From Eledone cirrhosa (lineage: Eukaryota): DNA of 64,000 nucleotides. Positions 10,749 through 23,949 of the stretch are shown here, piece after piece. The stretch spans positions 199,702,001-199,766,000 of the forward strand of contig OZ024741.1 of the NCBI GenBank assembly GCA_964016885.1. The letters run 5' to 3'. The notes beneath the pieces were generated by a model, which was not told where the DNA came from, ran no database searches, and worked only from the letters and a program-made list of their open reading frames with translations. Numbering within the stretch: position 1 is the first letter of the stretch; every line of letters starts with the position of its first letter. A program made the translations under genes and the position numbers.

Positions 10749-13700
10749 ATATAAACACATAAGACAGTGCCTACTGTTTCAATTGGGGAGGGGGTGTTTC
10801 ATAGAAAACTATAGTTATATAAAATCCAGCAGTACTAGTATAAGGTATTACTATTAACAAAGTTGCTATTTTGTATTCTTATTTAGAGTGTATTTCATTA
10901 GATCATGGATATTAAGAATATTCATAGATTTCTATTTTAGAATCGACACTATGCTCTCTCCATCTCTTTCTCAATCTCTCTCTATGGGACTGATGATATT
11001 TTCTGTCACAGACTGTGTGAATTTATGCCTGGGCCCTGTTTGCGTTTTTCTGAACAAGATCAAAAATATTTATGTTGCTTGATTTCTGAGGTCTAGTGCC
11101 TGTTTCTACAATTTTATAGAATGCCATTCTTACACAGGTTACATTCTCAAATGATATAGTATGTATTTATTACATCCTATCTATGAAAAAAATTATTTGT
11201 AGCAGAAGAAAGTTTATTTTTTTTATAGTCTTAGCTATATGATCTCACCATGTATGTTCTACATTATTCATCATCATCGTTTAATATCTGCTGTCCTTGC
11301 TAATAACGGTTGGACGAATCTACATAGATCAAGTCAGTATTAAAGCAGGGCTACTGACCTTATGTATGTTCTTACATTCTACCGAGTACACAGAGGAAGT
11401 TGTCATATCATTGACACATATAAATCATTACATTGAGAATATAGGTGCCTGTGCATATTATATCCAATAAAATAATAAGACAGCAACTTATAGAATTACT
11501 TCATTACATTCATTATGTATTTAGGTTATTATAAACAATTTTTTATTAACAATTTAAAAGTAAAGTTGTTTCTTGTCATTGTTCTTTGCATTATTTCACA
11601 CACTGAGGCATACAGATAAATAATGAATGGGACATTTTTACATAACCTGTTTTGGGTTTTTTTTCCAATTGACATACTAAAAATGGTTCTATTTTCCCTT
11701 ACTTGATTTTCAAGTCTAACATTAAATAATGTTGATGCAGAAGAGGAGGATGTTTGTTGCTACAGATAACTTGAAAACCTCTTATTTTCTTTACTACTTG
11801 TAATTTATCACACGTCTTTGTTATGACTATGCAAATGTTGATACATACATATTTACTTACATACGTATTACATAGATTGATACCTGTGTCTATGTGTAAT
11901 GAATAAAAACAAAAACAAAAACCAACTATTCATTCATACACACACACACACAGCAGTAAGGAAGAGGAGATGAAGATCTACAGCAAAAAGGAAAATTTGT
12001 AATTTCTATGAGACAATCTGCTAAAAGCCACAGACTAGATCCACAGCTGGAGCCAGGTCCCAGCAAGATGGAAATTACATGGTGGTAGAATGATAGGGTA
12101 TAGCCATAAAACCAACAAAATAAAAGCTTGGAAGGGCTAGAGAAATGGGGGAAACAGAATGCATTATCAAATAACTAGAAGAGAGGCAGGGATACTTAAT
12201 GAGGGGAAAAGCAGAAAAGAAGTCTGTACATGCTCTACAAGTGGCTCTTAGTTCACACAAATATTTCTCACTATAAAATTTAATGTGTAGGTATATTTTG
12301 CATCCATATTTTTCTTTTTCTTTTCCCTTTTTTTACCATCCACCCCAGCCAGGGGAGGTCAGGATATAGATGTTTTGGAGCCATATACAGATGGTGAACT
12401 TTCTGTTACAGCAGTTGGAGTATAAACTTGCATCTGTGACAATGAAATACCATCAGGTTTGTAGGCTTGTCACTGTTATGCTGCTATCATTGTCAATACT
12501 GCTGTATCCTAAAGCTGGAGTGCTGTCAGTGCCTAGGAAGAGGGGTTTTGGTTTTGTCATGTCATTTTCATCTTGAGGAGCCATGATGGGAAACACTGCA
12601 TCTTTAAAGGGAAGGGGGAAAAGGCACAAAAGGTAGTTATATATTTGATAAGTGAGTCAACAACATCGTGTGTGTGTATGAATAAGTGATTGCATATTTT
12701 TTTTATTGCTTTCAGTCATTCGGTTACAGACATACTGGGATACTGACTGCAAGTTGATTTTACCCAGTACTTCTGGTTTTAATTTTAATGATCTTTAGTT
12801 ATTGATTGAGAAGGCAGTAAATTGGTAAATCCTGCTGTGCTCAATTTCATCTTTCTTCCTTTTCAGGTCAATAAATAAAATGCCAATCCAATACTGTGGT
12901 TAAATATTCTTCTTCATGAAAGAAATCAGCTGTGTTCTGATCTGGAAAGAGATAGGCTTGGCCAGATTTAAGATGCCCAAGAAATGACTCCAACAAGGGT
13001 TATTGACTGGATATAAGTTCACAAAAGAAACATAATTTGGTTAACTGTGAGCTATTTTTATTCAACACACTGATTTATTGACCATAGCCTAATATACACA
13101 TTTTTTTTTAAGGCAATCGAAAAGATCCCAGACCTCATTCACTTACCAAGTGGGGTGGAACTCGTCAAATCAGACCAAGGAAACAAGGTTTCCATTAGTC
13201 TTTCCATTGCTGATACTATTTACCGGTTGCAGCTCCTGACAGAAAGAGCAACGTTAAATAAAATGTCTTGCTCAAAGATATAGCGCATCACCCAGTCCGG
13301 GAATCGAACTTGCAACCTCACGATTGTGAATCCAATTCTCTAACCACTAAGCCACATGCCTTCACATATACATGTACGTAGATGGTGGATTTCTGTCTAC
13401 CAAATTTCACTCAAGTCATTCAAGCATGCTGATGTTACATATCCCACAATGCATGCTTGCCTCATTTCTTTCCAGTCTTTGAAATTGTTCACACTTGATG
13501 CCCATGCAATATCATACTTTGTACACAAGCGTCATACAATCTACCCTTCACTTGAAAAGAGAGAAGGATGGGAAGAAACTCATTATCTACTGAGTTAATA
13601 GTTCCCTGGACTTGTTCAGTCTATCTTTATTCTCGATACTATGCTCTCATTAAGGTATCAAATTGGCAGTCATTAGAGTGTGGATTAAAAATGCCTCTGT

Positions 13701-13806
13701 ATTTGTTCTGACTTAGTGTGTTCTAAGTTCAAATCCTGCTGGGCTTAACTTGAACTTTCAATTCTTTCAAAATCAATAAATGTACCAGTCAAGTACTAGG
13801 ACCAAT

Positions 13807-13808
<2 letters not shown>

Positions 13809-13901
<93 letters not shown>
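13809..13901. repeat. (CT)n microsatellite
   Basis: Direct observation. Confidence 0.95.
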
Positions 13902-13902
<1 letters not shown>

Positions 13903-14039
13903 GAAGAAGAAGAAGAAATTGGCTGAGTTTAGACCTGGAGAAGAGATGGGCTTCACCAAGTTTAAAATGTCTAAGACATGCTGTATGTCCATCAAGAGTT
14001 TCAGTTTCACACTTACATGCTTTCATTACACCACCCAGT

Positions 14040-16100
14040 TGCTTATTAGGTAGAAGTTATCAACTACTTTTTGCAAGACTTCTAGTCAATTGAAAGATTT
14101 TGTTTCTTCAGCCTATCTGAGATCCCTCACCACTTTTTATGCAGCCATTGAGTACTCAGTATAGAATTTGCATTAGATATACAATGTAGATTGCATTGAG
14201 TACACATATTTAGTTCCTACCTACACCTTTTCTGTATATCGAGCATTACCATTTCCCAGATGGCAATAAAGTTGTTTTCTAACCCGCTAACTAAAACTTT
14301 TATTTTTGCTAAGTTGGAGTACTTCTATGTCTGAAACTTTTTCCTCTAATTCTCTGACTAATTTGACTATGAGAACCAGGGTGTTGACATTCAGGTATGG
14401 GAATAAAAGCCCTAGTCTTGAACTCTATTATGGCTTCAACATAATAAATGGAGCTGAGAACAGAGCTTTGATAGACACCAACCTACATGCTAAATTCTTC
14501 ACTGAACTTGTTTACACATATTTTCTTGATATTATTGACATTTCCCTCGTGAGCCATTCATCTCCAATTTTCTTAACTCTCAGAATACAGAGTACCTTGT
14601 CAAAGGCCTTCTTCGGGTCAACAAGTGTAGTGATTTTCTTTTAGCTAAGAATTTCCTTTCTTGTTGTCTCACTAAAAATAGGGCATCTGTGTTTTCATGT
14701 TCTCACATAAACCAAAACTGTACACATCTGAGTAAATTCTCTTCCAGATTTGCTATAAATTTCTCAGCCTTTTTCATGACTTTGTCCATCAGTTTTATGC
14801 CTTACTTATTGCTCCTTTCTAAATCATTTCTCTTGCCATTGTAGCTGTTTACAATTCTGTTATTATGTCAGCTATTGATGATAACACCTCCCATGCACTG
14901 GTATTCTCTGTGATTACTCAATCTGCTAACAATACCTGCCAAATTTCTCTCAATTACACTCTACCATCTTATTAGGAAAAACTTACACATTGGATAATAT
15001 AATCCTGGATATACTATGTTTGAATAATGGTTTGGTAATGGTTGAAATAACTTTGATCATAGGTCTGTTCAAACATGGCTGACCTGAGGCTAAGCAATAA
15101 TAACAATATGATTGATGATGTAAGTAATGAAGATTTGTTCCCCAATTTCAAGCATATAAAAGTAACCTTGATATCTTGTTCTACTGTTAGATCTACCTGT
15201 GCTAATCCCTCTCTTGTCCATGCATTCTCATTTTTTAATTACTTTTAATATTATTTCTTTGTTTCTTATCAGTGTTATTGAGGCCAAGTGTGTTACTCAA
15301 TTCATATGAAGTTTTCACTGATGACCTTCTGATCTATACTGACACATTGCCTCATAATTTGGAATACCCAGTGGCATAGAATTTTGGCAAACCTCTTGTT
15401 TGGTTATTCTTTTTGCTAAATAACCTGATGTCTAGTTTCTCTAGTATTGTTCTTTGTTCCCCACTATCTTTAATTCCTTCCAGGTCTGCTTCTTAGCCTT
15501 TATGGCTCTGTCTACTATATTATTCCACTAATCTTTCACCTGCTTGGTTGGGAGTTTCCATCCATAGGTCTGAGCTTTAGTGCACAGTAGGTTGTCTCAA
15601 TGTAACACACAGTTGTGTTCTGCCATAGATTTCTATTTCCTTCACCCTTTTGTCATAGGCTTCTTATGTACTTTTTGTAAATCATTTCTATATTGAGTGG
15701 TATTTTCTTTATTGGAGAATACATTAGGATTCATAACCAGCTGTCTATCTCATTTTCTTGTGAGAGTGATGCCTATCTGCCTCACTTATTTAGCTGAGAG
15801 GTAGGTGATGAGGTAGTTAACTGACTTTCTGGAATTTGTTTTGCAGATGGTTAGATTATTTGTGTCTTAGAACTCCAAGAGCCTTGATTTCTTTTCATTT
15901 CTTGTTCTATAGCCGTAGCCTACATATCCATTGGAGTAACCATTCTTCTGATACCCAACATATCCATTTAAGTGCTGTGATATGAGGTCACTGTTGTTCC
16001 TGTTATCCTCTAGCAATATGCCCACTTCACCCACTCAGAAAAATATGTACTTCTGTTCCTGGTCTCTGAGAAGTCTGGCTGATGCTCACAGCTTGTGCTC
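14040..16100 (-). mobile_element. Heavily decayed RTE LINE
   Basis: Remnants on the minus strand such as VD.KKAFDKV at about 14600, APE-like segments at about 15800-16050, and similarity to 20560-22700. Confidence 0.6.
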
Positions 16101-17154
16101 AGAACATATCTACTTGCCTTTACCCTATCATCCCTTTAGATTTACCTGTAACCCTGCCAACATTAACTGTGGCAGCCCTAAATTTCTGTGTCTGAATAAA
16201 GAAGGGGTTTTCACTGATAGTGGTGGGGAGTTGTTTGATCCCCATCTACTCATAAAAGGAATAGAGTTAGTAGGGTCTGTTCATGAATAGGTGATTCACA
16301 CATTTGCTCACACTTGGCAATTTCACTAACACGCACAGCTTTAACATGATAAATGTTAGTCCAGTTGGTGGTTTTCTCATTTTATATCATGTTTCTTTTA
16401 AACTGAATGGCCTTTATATTGCCAGTCACCATACAGCATAAAAGTTGTTTGCCAGGACTTATGTATCATAATACAGTTTTTATCCATTTAGCAGTAACAA
16501 TGTCCTGAATATATTGTTTTATCAGAAATGCTGACTAAAGAGACAGCTTTAATCAACCAACCACAGTGTGAATTGGTGTGGACTCTATTAACCTTCAGCT
16601 AAGTCTGTCCCCAAAACAAAACAGCTATTTTTCATGTGCCTGATATTAAGAAATTTGTAATTACTTTTGAACAGCTAAAAAGACTATAATTAACTGTTAG
16701 TAGACAATTTACTTAGTAACCCAGTATCCTGAATCACAAAATTCCTATTCAGAAAACTATTGCTTTCCTCTTGTAGTAAATAGTTATGTTCTCTCTCCCT
16801 CCCCTTCTTGCTCTCTTAAAAAAGATTGGATCAGGTATTATAGTTTTTTTGTTTTTTTTACTGTAGTTAATCTTATAGCAGGGGTTCAAAGAAATTCAAT
16901 GTTTCAATGGTTAATACCTAGAATCATTTGTTCTAGGTCATTCAGGTAAAATTCAATATAAATTTTAGTGTGAGTCATCAACTACAAAATACTTATCTCT
17001 CTCTTCATACACATTCTTTCTTTTCTTTTGATATTTTCAGTATTTGCTCATTTTTTCTTTTCTCTTCTTTCAATCCTTATCACATTGTGTGCCACTCCCC
17101 ATTTTTATTCTAAATATTAGGAAACTTTTCATATTTTCTTTTCTTTTCAACCAG

Positions 17155-17217
17155 GTTACTTGAAGTTGTTGTCTGAATTAACTAAAGTTGGAAATATTTC
17201 ATATGAACAATTCCAAG
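17155..17217 (+). CDS. GNPNAT1: GNPNAT1 coding exon (GYLKLLSELTKVGNISYEQFQ)
   Basis: Polypyrimidine tract plus cAG acceptor and GTAAGA donor. 63 nt, phase 1 to 1, continuing the frame of the previous exon. Matches the GF..VL.QLT..G.VS.EQF motif. Confidence 0.93.
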
Positions 17218-17559
17218 GTAAGATTAATGTTTTGCAATCATACTTGTTTTACAATATCCTTTAGTATTAATATCGCAGCATCCTATTCTGAAATAGCTTG
17301 TGCTATGGAGCATGTGATAAACTGTCTGAACAGAATCTGAGATGATGCTTCAATTTCTAGTTGAAAACATTTCACTTACTTATAATGCTAAGGCCTTTGG
17401 GGAAGTATAAATGTTGGTAACTAGTTATAATAATAATAATGAAAATCTCCAAACTTTCAACAAACAGATTTTCATGGAGGCTTCTACAGATATAATGATG
17501 TTTTGTCAAGTAGTGGCTTTACCAAGAAGATAGAATACATAGAGGAACCATAAAACCAG

Positions 17560-18130
17560 GCCAACAGAAGAATGAGGAATCGGAAGCATTGCCAAATTCC
17601 ATCTACTTCCCAACCTCACAGTGTCCATTCTAGTTGCAGTACACTGCAACATAGATATTATCAAATAGTTAACAAATGCTCAACTACTCTGAACTTTATA
17701 ACCTTCGTAAACTTCAAGCTAATACACAAGCAATTACTAACAACTGCAATAACCCAAGCACATGTTCACTGAATTCAAAATGTCTAAAAAATATGCAGTT
17801 ACAGATATTCTGTGCAAATACACCAATCTTCTAAATCATACATAAATTTCCCCACCAATCCATTCAAACAACTCTACTACCAGCAAAATCATGCATTTAG
17901 AAACCTTAGCAGGAAACATGGCATGGCTCTGCCAACCCTTATCTGGAACTTGAAAAACAAGGAATATCAAAGACAACCTAAAGTGAGACATACTAACTAT
18001 TGCATACCCTTATATAAGTAATCACAAACTGTGTAACATCTGTGTGGCTGAAAGCATACAAATACACTAGCTAAATACCTATACTCAATAAGCATTTGGA
18101 GAGAACCACATCATACTTACATAAGACTTT
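17560..18130 (+). mobile_element. Decayed Penelope-like GIY-YIG fragment
   Basis: NHAFRNLSRKHGMALPTLIWNLKNK and C.IC..E remnants parallel NHRHS...STALSDLIWKLK...CKLCLNE of the 5.1-5.9 kb ORF. Confidence 0.6.
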
Positions 18131-19139
18131 AGAATCTTACTGACCCTTAGAGGTTACTCTTCTAACATAGACCAAGACAATTGCTTCAATACATATTAGG
18201 AAACATTGGAATGTATAATGTACACACACACACATGTCTGTATGATTGTAAGTTGTTGGTATATAAGGAAATGCATAACTCTGTCCCTATATTCAGAACT
18301 TTATATGCATGTGTGTAATTTTGTGTGTGTCTGTGTTAGGTTATACATAAACATTTGTGTTAATACACACGCACACGCACACACACATATCATAATAAAA
18401 CATAAATCATGTGACAATCACATTTCTCTGGTGATTTGAACATGTATATGCTGTGATATTTCCCTCAATAGTTATCTCTGTCAGTGTTGACATGGTGAAC
18501 AACAGTAGTACAACTATCTACAGCTATCTATGTATTTATATTACCAATGTATCTATGTTTGGACAAGAACAACAATGACAACAAAAAACATGAATCCCAG
18601 TGGCAGTTGTAAGATATATGGATAGATACATAGGTAGAACAATGTCATTGTCATTTAGTTTGATAATGATTAATGAAAATATGGAAGAAATTTAATTAAA
18701 TATATAAAGAAATATGGTGATGGCCAGAATGATAAGAGAATGAGGTCAACATAGAATATTATAATCAAGGAATTATTAAATTAAATATTTTTTTATATGT
18801 TATATACATATGTATAAAGAGTAAGAGATATGCACCTCGAAAGTTTCTCTTCTGAAGTACAAGTCTGGGCAAAGTGTTTTGTGAAAGTCCAGCAGTCACT
18901 CATGCATACCTGTTTCCCCTCTCCACGTTACTGATGTTGTCCAAGAGAAAAGCAAAGGCTGATACAGCTTGACATCAGTGATGTCCCTACTTATTTCTAC
19001 AGCTAAGTAAACTGGAATAACGTGAAATGAAGTGTCTTGCTCAAGAACATCATCACCCTGTCTGGGAATTGAATTCAAAGCCTTACAATTGTGAAGCGCA
19101 CACATTAACCACTAAGCTACAAGCCTTCACACACACGTC

Positions 19140-19700
19140 AACATCATCATACATTCATTGTTCCACCCATGTATGAGCTGAACAGGTCCTTCTTAGAACA
19201 ACAGCTCTTCACTTGCCACGTTCCTTTGTCATCTCCTCCATGAGCTTTAGCAACCTGAGATCAGCTCTCGCCACTCCCATCCAGGTCTTCCTTTACTGTG
19301 GCTTCCTTCCACTGAGATTATTAGTTCTTCTTCACTCAGCAATTATCATCCATGCGTATCACATGTCCGTACCAGTGCAGTCTCCTCTCTTGCACTCTAC
19401 TTCTGATTCCTCTTATACCCAGTTTCTCCCTCAGTTCATCCTGTTGTTCTCGCACATTAACATTGCACATCCATCAAAGTATGCTTGCCTCATTTTTATC
19501 CAGCCTCTGCATATCCTCTCAGGGAGAACCCTTTTGTTGTTAGCAGGGTAGCAGTTCCCTAAACTTCTTCCATCTTGTCCTTATTCTAGCTATTATGCTC
19601 TCCGAGCATCCTCCTTCACTGCTAATGATATCACCTAAGTAGCAGAAAGTATCAGCCACTTCTATGGACCCTTTCTGGGATTGGAAAAGGTTTATATTAT
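19140..19700 (-). mobile_element. Old RTE LINE, 3' part (continues from 23950-25450)
   Basis: GSIEVADTFCYLGDIISSEGGCSESIIARIRTRWKKFRELLP. Confidence 0.8.
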
Positions 19701-19701
19701 T

Positions 19702-22700
19702 TCTTGTCTTCCCACCCTTCGGTTCATTCATCCATATATCTGTATAATCGCCCAGAATCCAAATCCTACTTCTTAATGCTATTCTATAATTCTGTCTGAC
19801 TGTTCTAAATAATCTTCTCCTCGCTGTTTATTGCTCTATTATTGCTGTTTATTGCTCTATTTAAAACCTTCTCGCTCACTACCATTTTGGCCAAAATTTT
19901 TCCAGGATTCATAAAAATGGCTTCTCTCAGCCCTCTAAATCGCTATCACCCCCCCCCCCCTCTCTATCATATACGTGCCTGTTGGTCCCTCTCTCTCTCT
20001 CGCTCACTCCCTACTCGCACCAAATATAAATAAACCTGTTACGAGGTACGAATGTCAGAATTTGTCAACTCTTATTAATGGTCAGTCCACTTCTACGAAA
20101 TGTAATGTAAAAATACCATTTTCTTCTTGTCTCCCCACCCTTCGGTTCATTCATCCATATATCTGTATAATCGCCCAGAATCCAAATCCTATTTCTTAAT
20201 GCTGTTCTATAATTCTGTCTGACTGTTCTAAATAATCTTCTCCTCGCTAACTACCCCATACCCCTCCCACCCGCCCCCACTCTCCACCATTATTATTTGG
20301 ACCAATCATAAGTCAACGGCCTATGCTATCACTTCTCCTGGTTGCTTTTCGATATGATGGATGAACTAAGGAATTTCTGGAGAGTCTGAAGAATCTGGAC
20401 ACTTGGAGACAATGCCAAAGATAACAACAAATTCACCTCATGCTGCCGGACGAAAGGGCAAGGACTCCTCTTTGTTTCGGCCGCGGATGGCCAACATAAC
20501 CCCAACCCCATCCCCCCTCCCTGCGCCCCACCCACCAAACGCAATCCAAAACTTCAGAGTTGGTACCATGAATGTAGGCACCTTAAAAGGCCGCTCTAAC
20601 GAGGTTGTAGAAATGCTTGAATGTAAGGAGGTTGATGTTTGCTGTATCCAAGAGACCAGGTGGAGAGGCAGGTCTGCTAGATTCATTGTGGGTAAAAAAC
20701 GATGCTATAAGCTTTTCTGGGTCGGAAATGACAATGGGCTGGGTGGGGTAGGAATCATGTTAGCAGAAATATGGGTGGATAAGATAATAGACGTAAATAG
20801 AGTGAATGACAGAATAATTAAAATAAGACTTGTTCTAAATAGAACTACTGTGACAGTAATATCTGCATACGCACCCCAATCCGGACTGCCTGGCGCTATA
20901 AAAGACAGATTCTATGAGACACTGATGCTCACTACCTCCCAAATAACCGACAGTGACTATATAATTATTGCTGGCGACCTAAATGGTCACGTTGGACAAC
21001 ATTGTGATGGCTATGACGGAATCCACGGAGGCTATGGGTTTGGTTCTAGAAATGAGGAAGGCTCCAGAATCCTGGAATTCTGTGACGCAAATAACCTAAC
21101 TATCTGTAACACTAACTTCAAAAAACGAGACAATCACTTGATCATCTACAGATCAGGAGAACATACCAACCAGGTAGATTATATCCTTACCAGAAGACGT
21201 GACAGAGTGTCTGTTGTAAACACTACATCCCTCCCCAATGAAGACTGATAATTAGCGACCTCATAGTCAGGATGAGACGTACTCGACAACAGAAGAGGAC
21301 TATCCTCAGGAGAAAAATATGGAAGCTAAAGGACCCCACAGCCAGTAATAAATTTAAAAGCATATTACTTGATGCTTTCGACAGTAAGGAAGAGCATTTA
21401 GAGTCGTACAATATAGAGGAACAGTGGGAATTCCTGAAAGCAAACCTGCTGATGGCGGCAGACGAAGTCTGTGGCTGGAGCAGGCCTATAGGCAGGAGGA
21501 GAGTAACGTGGTGGTGGAACAGTAAGGTGGAGGAGTCAATTAAGGCCAAAAAGCAGGCTTGGAAAGTATGGCGGGATGGGGGAAGTAGAGAAGACTATCA
21601 AGTGGCCAGGAGGGAAGCTAGGAGACAAGTGTACTTCGCAAGAAGGGAAGCAGAGGAAAGAAAGTTCAAGCATGTTCTACAACGCGAGGACCAAAAACGT
21701 GAGGTGTTCAGGATTGCTAGGCAATGTGTGAAGGAAAACCGTGATATTGTCGGGGAGAAGTGTGTCCTTAATGATGATGACATACTTGCCATCACTGACG
21801 CTGATAAGAAGGTAGCTTGGAAGTGTCACTACGAAAGGCTACTAAATGAGGAGAATAAATGGGAGAAAGACAGTCTCCCCCACATCGATCCAATAGAGGG
21901 ACCAGCAGTGTTAGTCAAAGGTAGTATAATAAGTAAGGCAATCAAAGATATGAAGACTGTTAAGGCGGCTGGGCCTTCGGAAATAGTTGCTGAAATGCTG
22001 AAAGCTTCTGGAACGGTGGGACACACCATGGTAAACCAAGTCATACAGAATGGGGTTGTTCCGAAGGACTGGCGTAGCAGCATCATCATTAACTGCTACA
22101 AGGGTAAAGGAGATGCCCTAGATAGGAGTAACTATAGAGGCATTAAATTAATCGACCAGGTCATGAAGGTCACAGAAAAAGTAATAGCGTAACTAATCAG
22201 AGAGAGAATTGATCTAGATGAAATGCAGTTCGGGTTTGTGTCAGGTAAAAGTACCACAGACGCTCTTTTCATTGAACGACAACTACAGGAGAAGTACCTA
22301 GCTAAAAGTAAACCCCTATAGTTAGCTTTTGTCGACTTGGAGAAAGCCTTCGACAGAGTCCCCCGTTCCATTATCTGGTGGGCTCTTAGAAAACTAGGTG
22401 TTGATGAATGGCTTGTGAGAGCTATACAAGCCATTTATAAAGAAACAGTCAGCAAGGTTAGAATTAACAACGAATATAGTGAAGAGTTTAGCGTAAAAGT
22501 TGGTGTTCATCAGGGCTCCGTTCTTAGCCCCCTACTATTTATTATTGCCCTTCAGGCTATAACAGTGGAGTTCTAGACCGGCTGCCCATTGGAACTCCTA
22601 TACGCAGATGATCTAACGCTCATAGCTGAATCAATGGCTGAACTAGAGAAGAAATTCCAAACATGGAAGCATGGCCTAGAATCAAAAGGCCTTAAAATTA

Positions 22701-23941
22701 ACCTGTCTAAGACTAAAGTTCTAGTTTGTAGGAAGGAAAATAGGGCACCGGTCCCATCCGGGAAATGGCCATGCTCAGTGTGTAGGAAAGAAGTAGGTAG
22801 AAACTCCATTTTATGTCCCAAATGTAAAGTATGGGTGCATAAAAGATGTAGTGGGATCACAGGTAAGCTAACTAAGAACATAGATTTTATATGTGGCCGG
22901 TGCTCTGGTGCAATAAGTAGCAGCAAGTGCCCACAGAATACTAGCTCATTCCATTGCACAGATGGTTCTATAGAAATAGTGGACACCTTCCATTACTTGG
23001 GTGACAAAATCAGCAGTGGTGGAGGGTGCTCTGAAAGTACAGTAGCTAGAGTCAGAACTGGATGGAAAAAGTTCAGAGAGCTTATACCACTATTAGCCGC
23101 TAAAGGGTTCTCTCTAAAAATGAAAGGCAGGCTGTATGATGCCTGCATACGAACAGCAATGTTACATGGCAGTGAGACCTGTGTGCAGAGGATATACGCA
23201 GAGGAACTGGAGAGGAACGAAGCTTGCATGCTCCGCTGGATGTGTAATAGTAATATACGTGAACGGCAAAGCATAAACGAACTAAGGGAAAAATTAGAAA
23301 TAAGAGGGATCATATGTTGTTTACTCGAGAGAAGACTACGTTGGTATGGTCACGTGATGCGCATGAAAAACGACAGCTGTATAAAAAAGTGCAGGGCAAT
23401 AAAAATAGACGGTAGCCACGGAGTAGGCAGACCCAGAAATACCTGGGACGACTTGATAAATTCTGACGTCACACACTTACACCTCTCCAAGACAATGTCA
23501 CTGGACCGAGATCTTTGGCGCTACACAGTAATAGAGAAGACCCGCCTTACCTAAGTACAAAGTGAAACCTACTACAGTCAGTAGGCACCTCTAACAAAAT
23601 ACACCCCCGTCCCACTACCCCCACCCCATCCACACCACCCCTTTCAATGTAAAGTTATGTTGGTACCACAACATCCAGGCCGAAACAAATGAGATCGTGT
23701 AGGTGTCACGACAAAAAAACACACAGTCCACGCTGTAATGTGGCCGTGTAGGTAACACGGTAAAAACCTCCCAGTCCACACTGTAAATGTGGTTGGTGTT
23801 AGGAAGGGCATCCAGCCGTAGAAAACCCGCCAGACAGTCCTATGCGAGCAAGACAACCACTCTTGCCTCAAGTGGGAAAACTCCCGTCCAAACCCATACA
23901 AGCGTGGAAGATGGACGTTAAACGATGATGATGATGATGAT
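19702..23941 (+). mobile_element. Near-full-length RTE LINE (family A), inactivated: 5' UTR, APE endonuclease, RT, PHD-like finger, 3' UTR and (GAT)n
   Basis: APE motifs GTMNVGTL, QETRW, SAYAPQ, AGDLNGH and VDYIL. RT motifs DLEKAFD, QGSVLSP and YADD. Frameshifting deletion at about 21243 and stops at 22190 and about 22574. Candidate TSD TATTATT. Confidence 0.96.
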
Positions 23942-23949
23942 TGTATTAT

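Noticed and set aside
20250-20500. HDV-like or hammerhead ribozyme at the RTE 5' end (CTGAAGA at about 20386)
   Set aside because: There is no stem II/GAAA partner, and no nested double-pseudoknot pairing could be built by eye.
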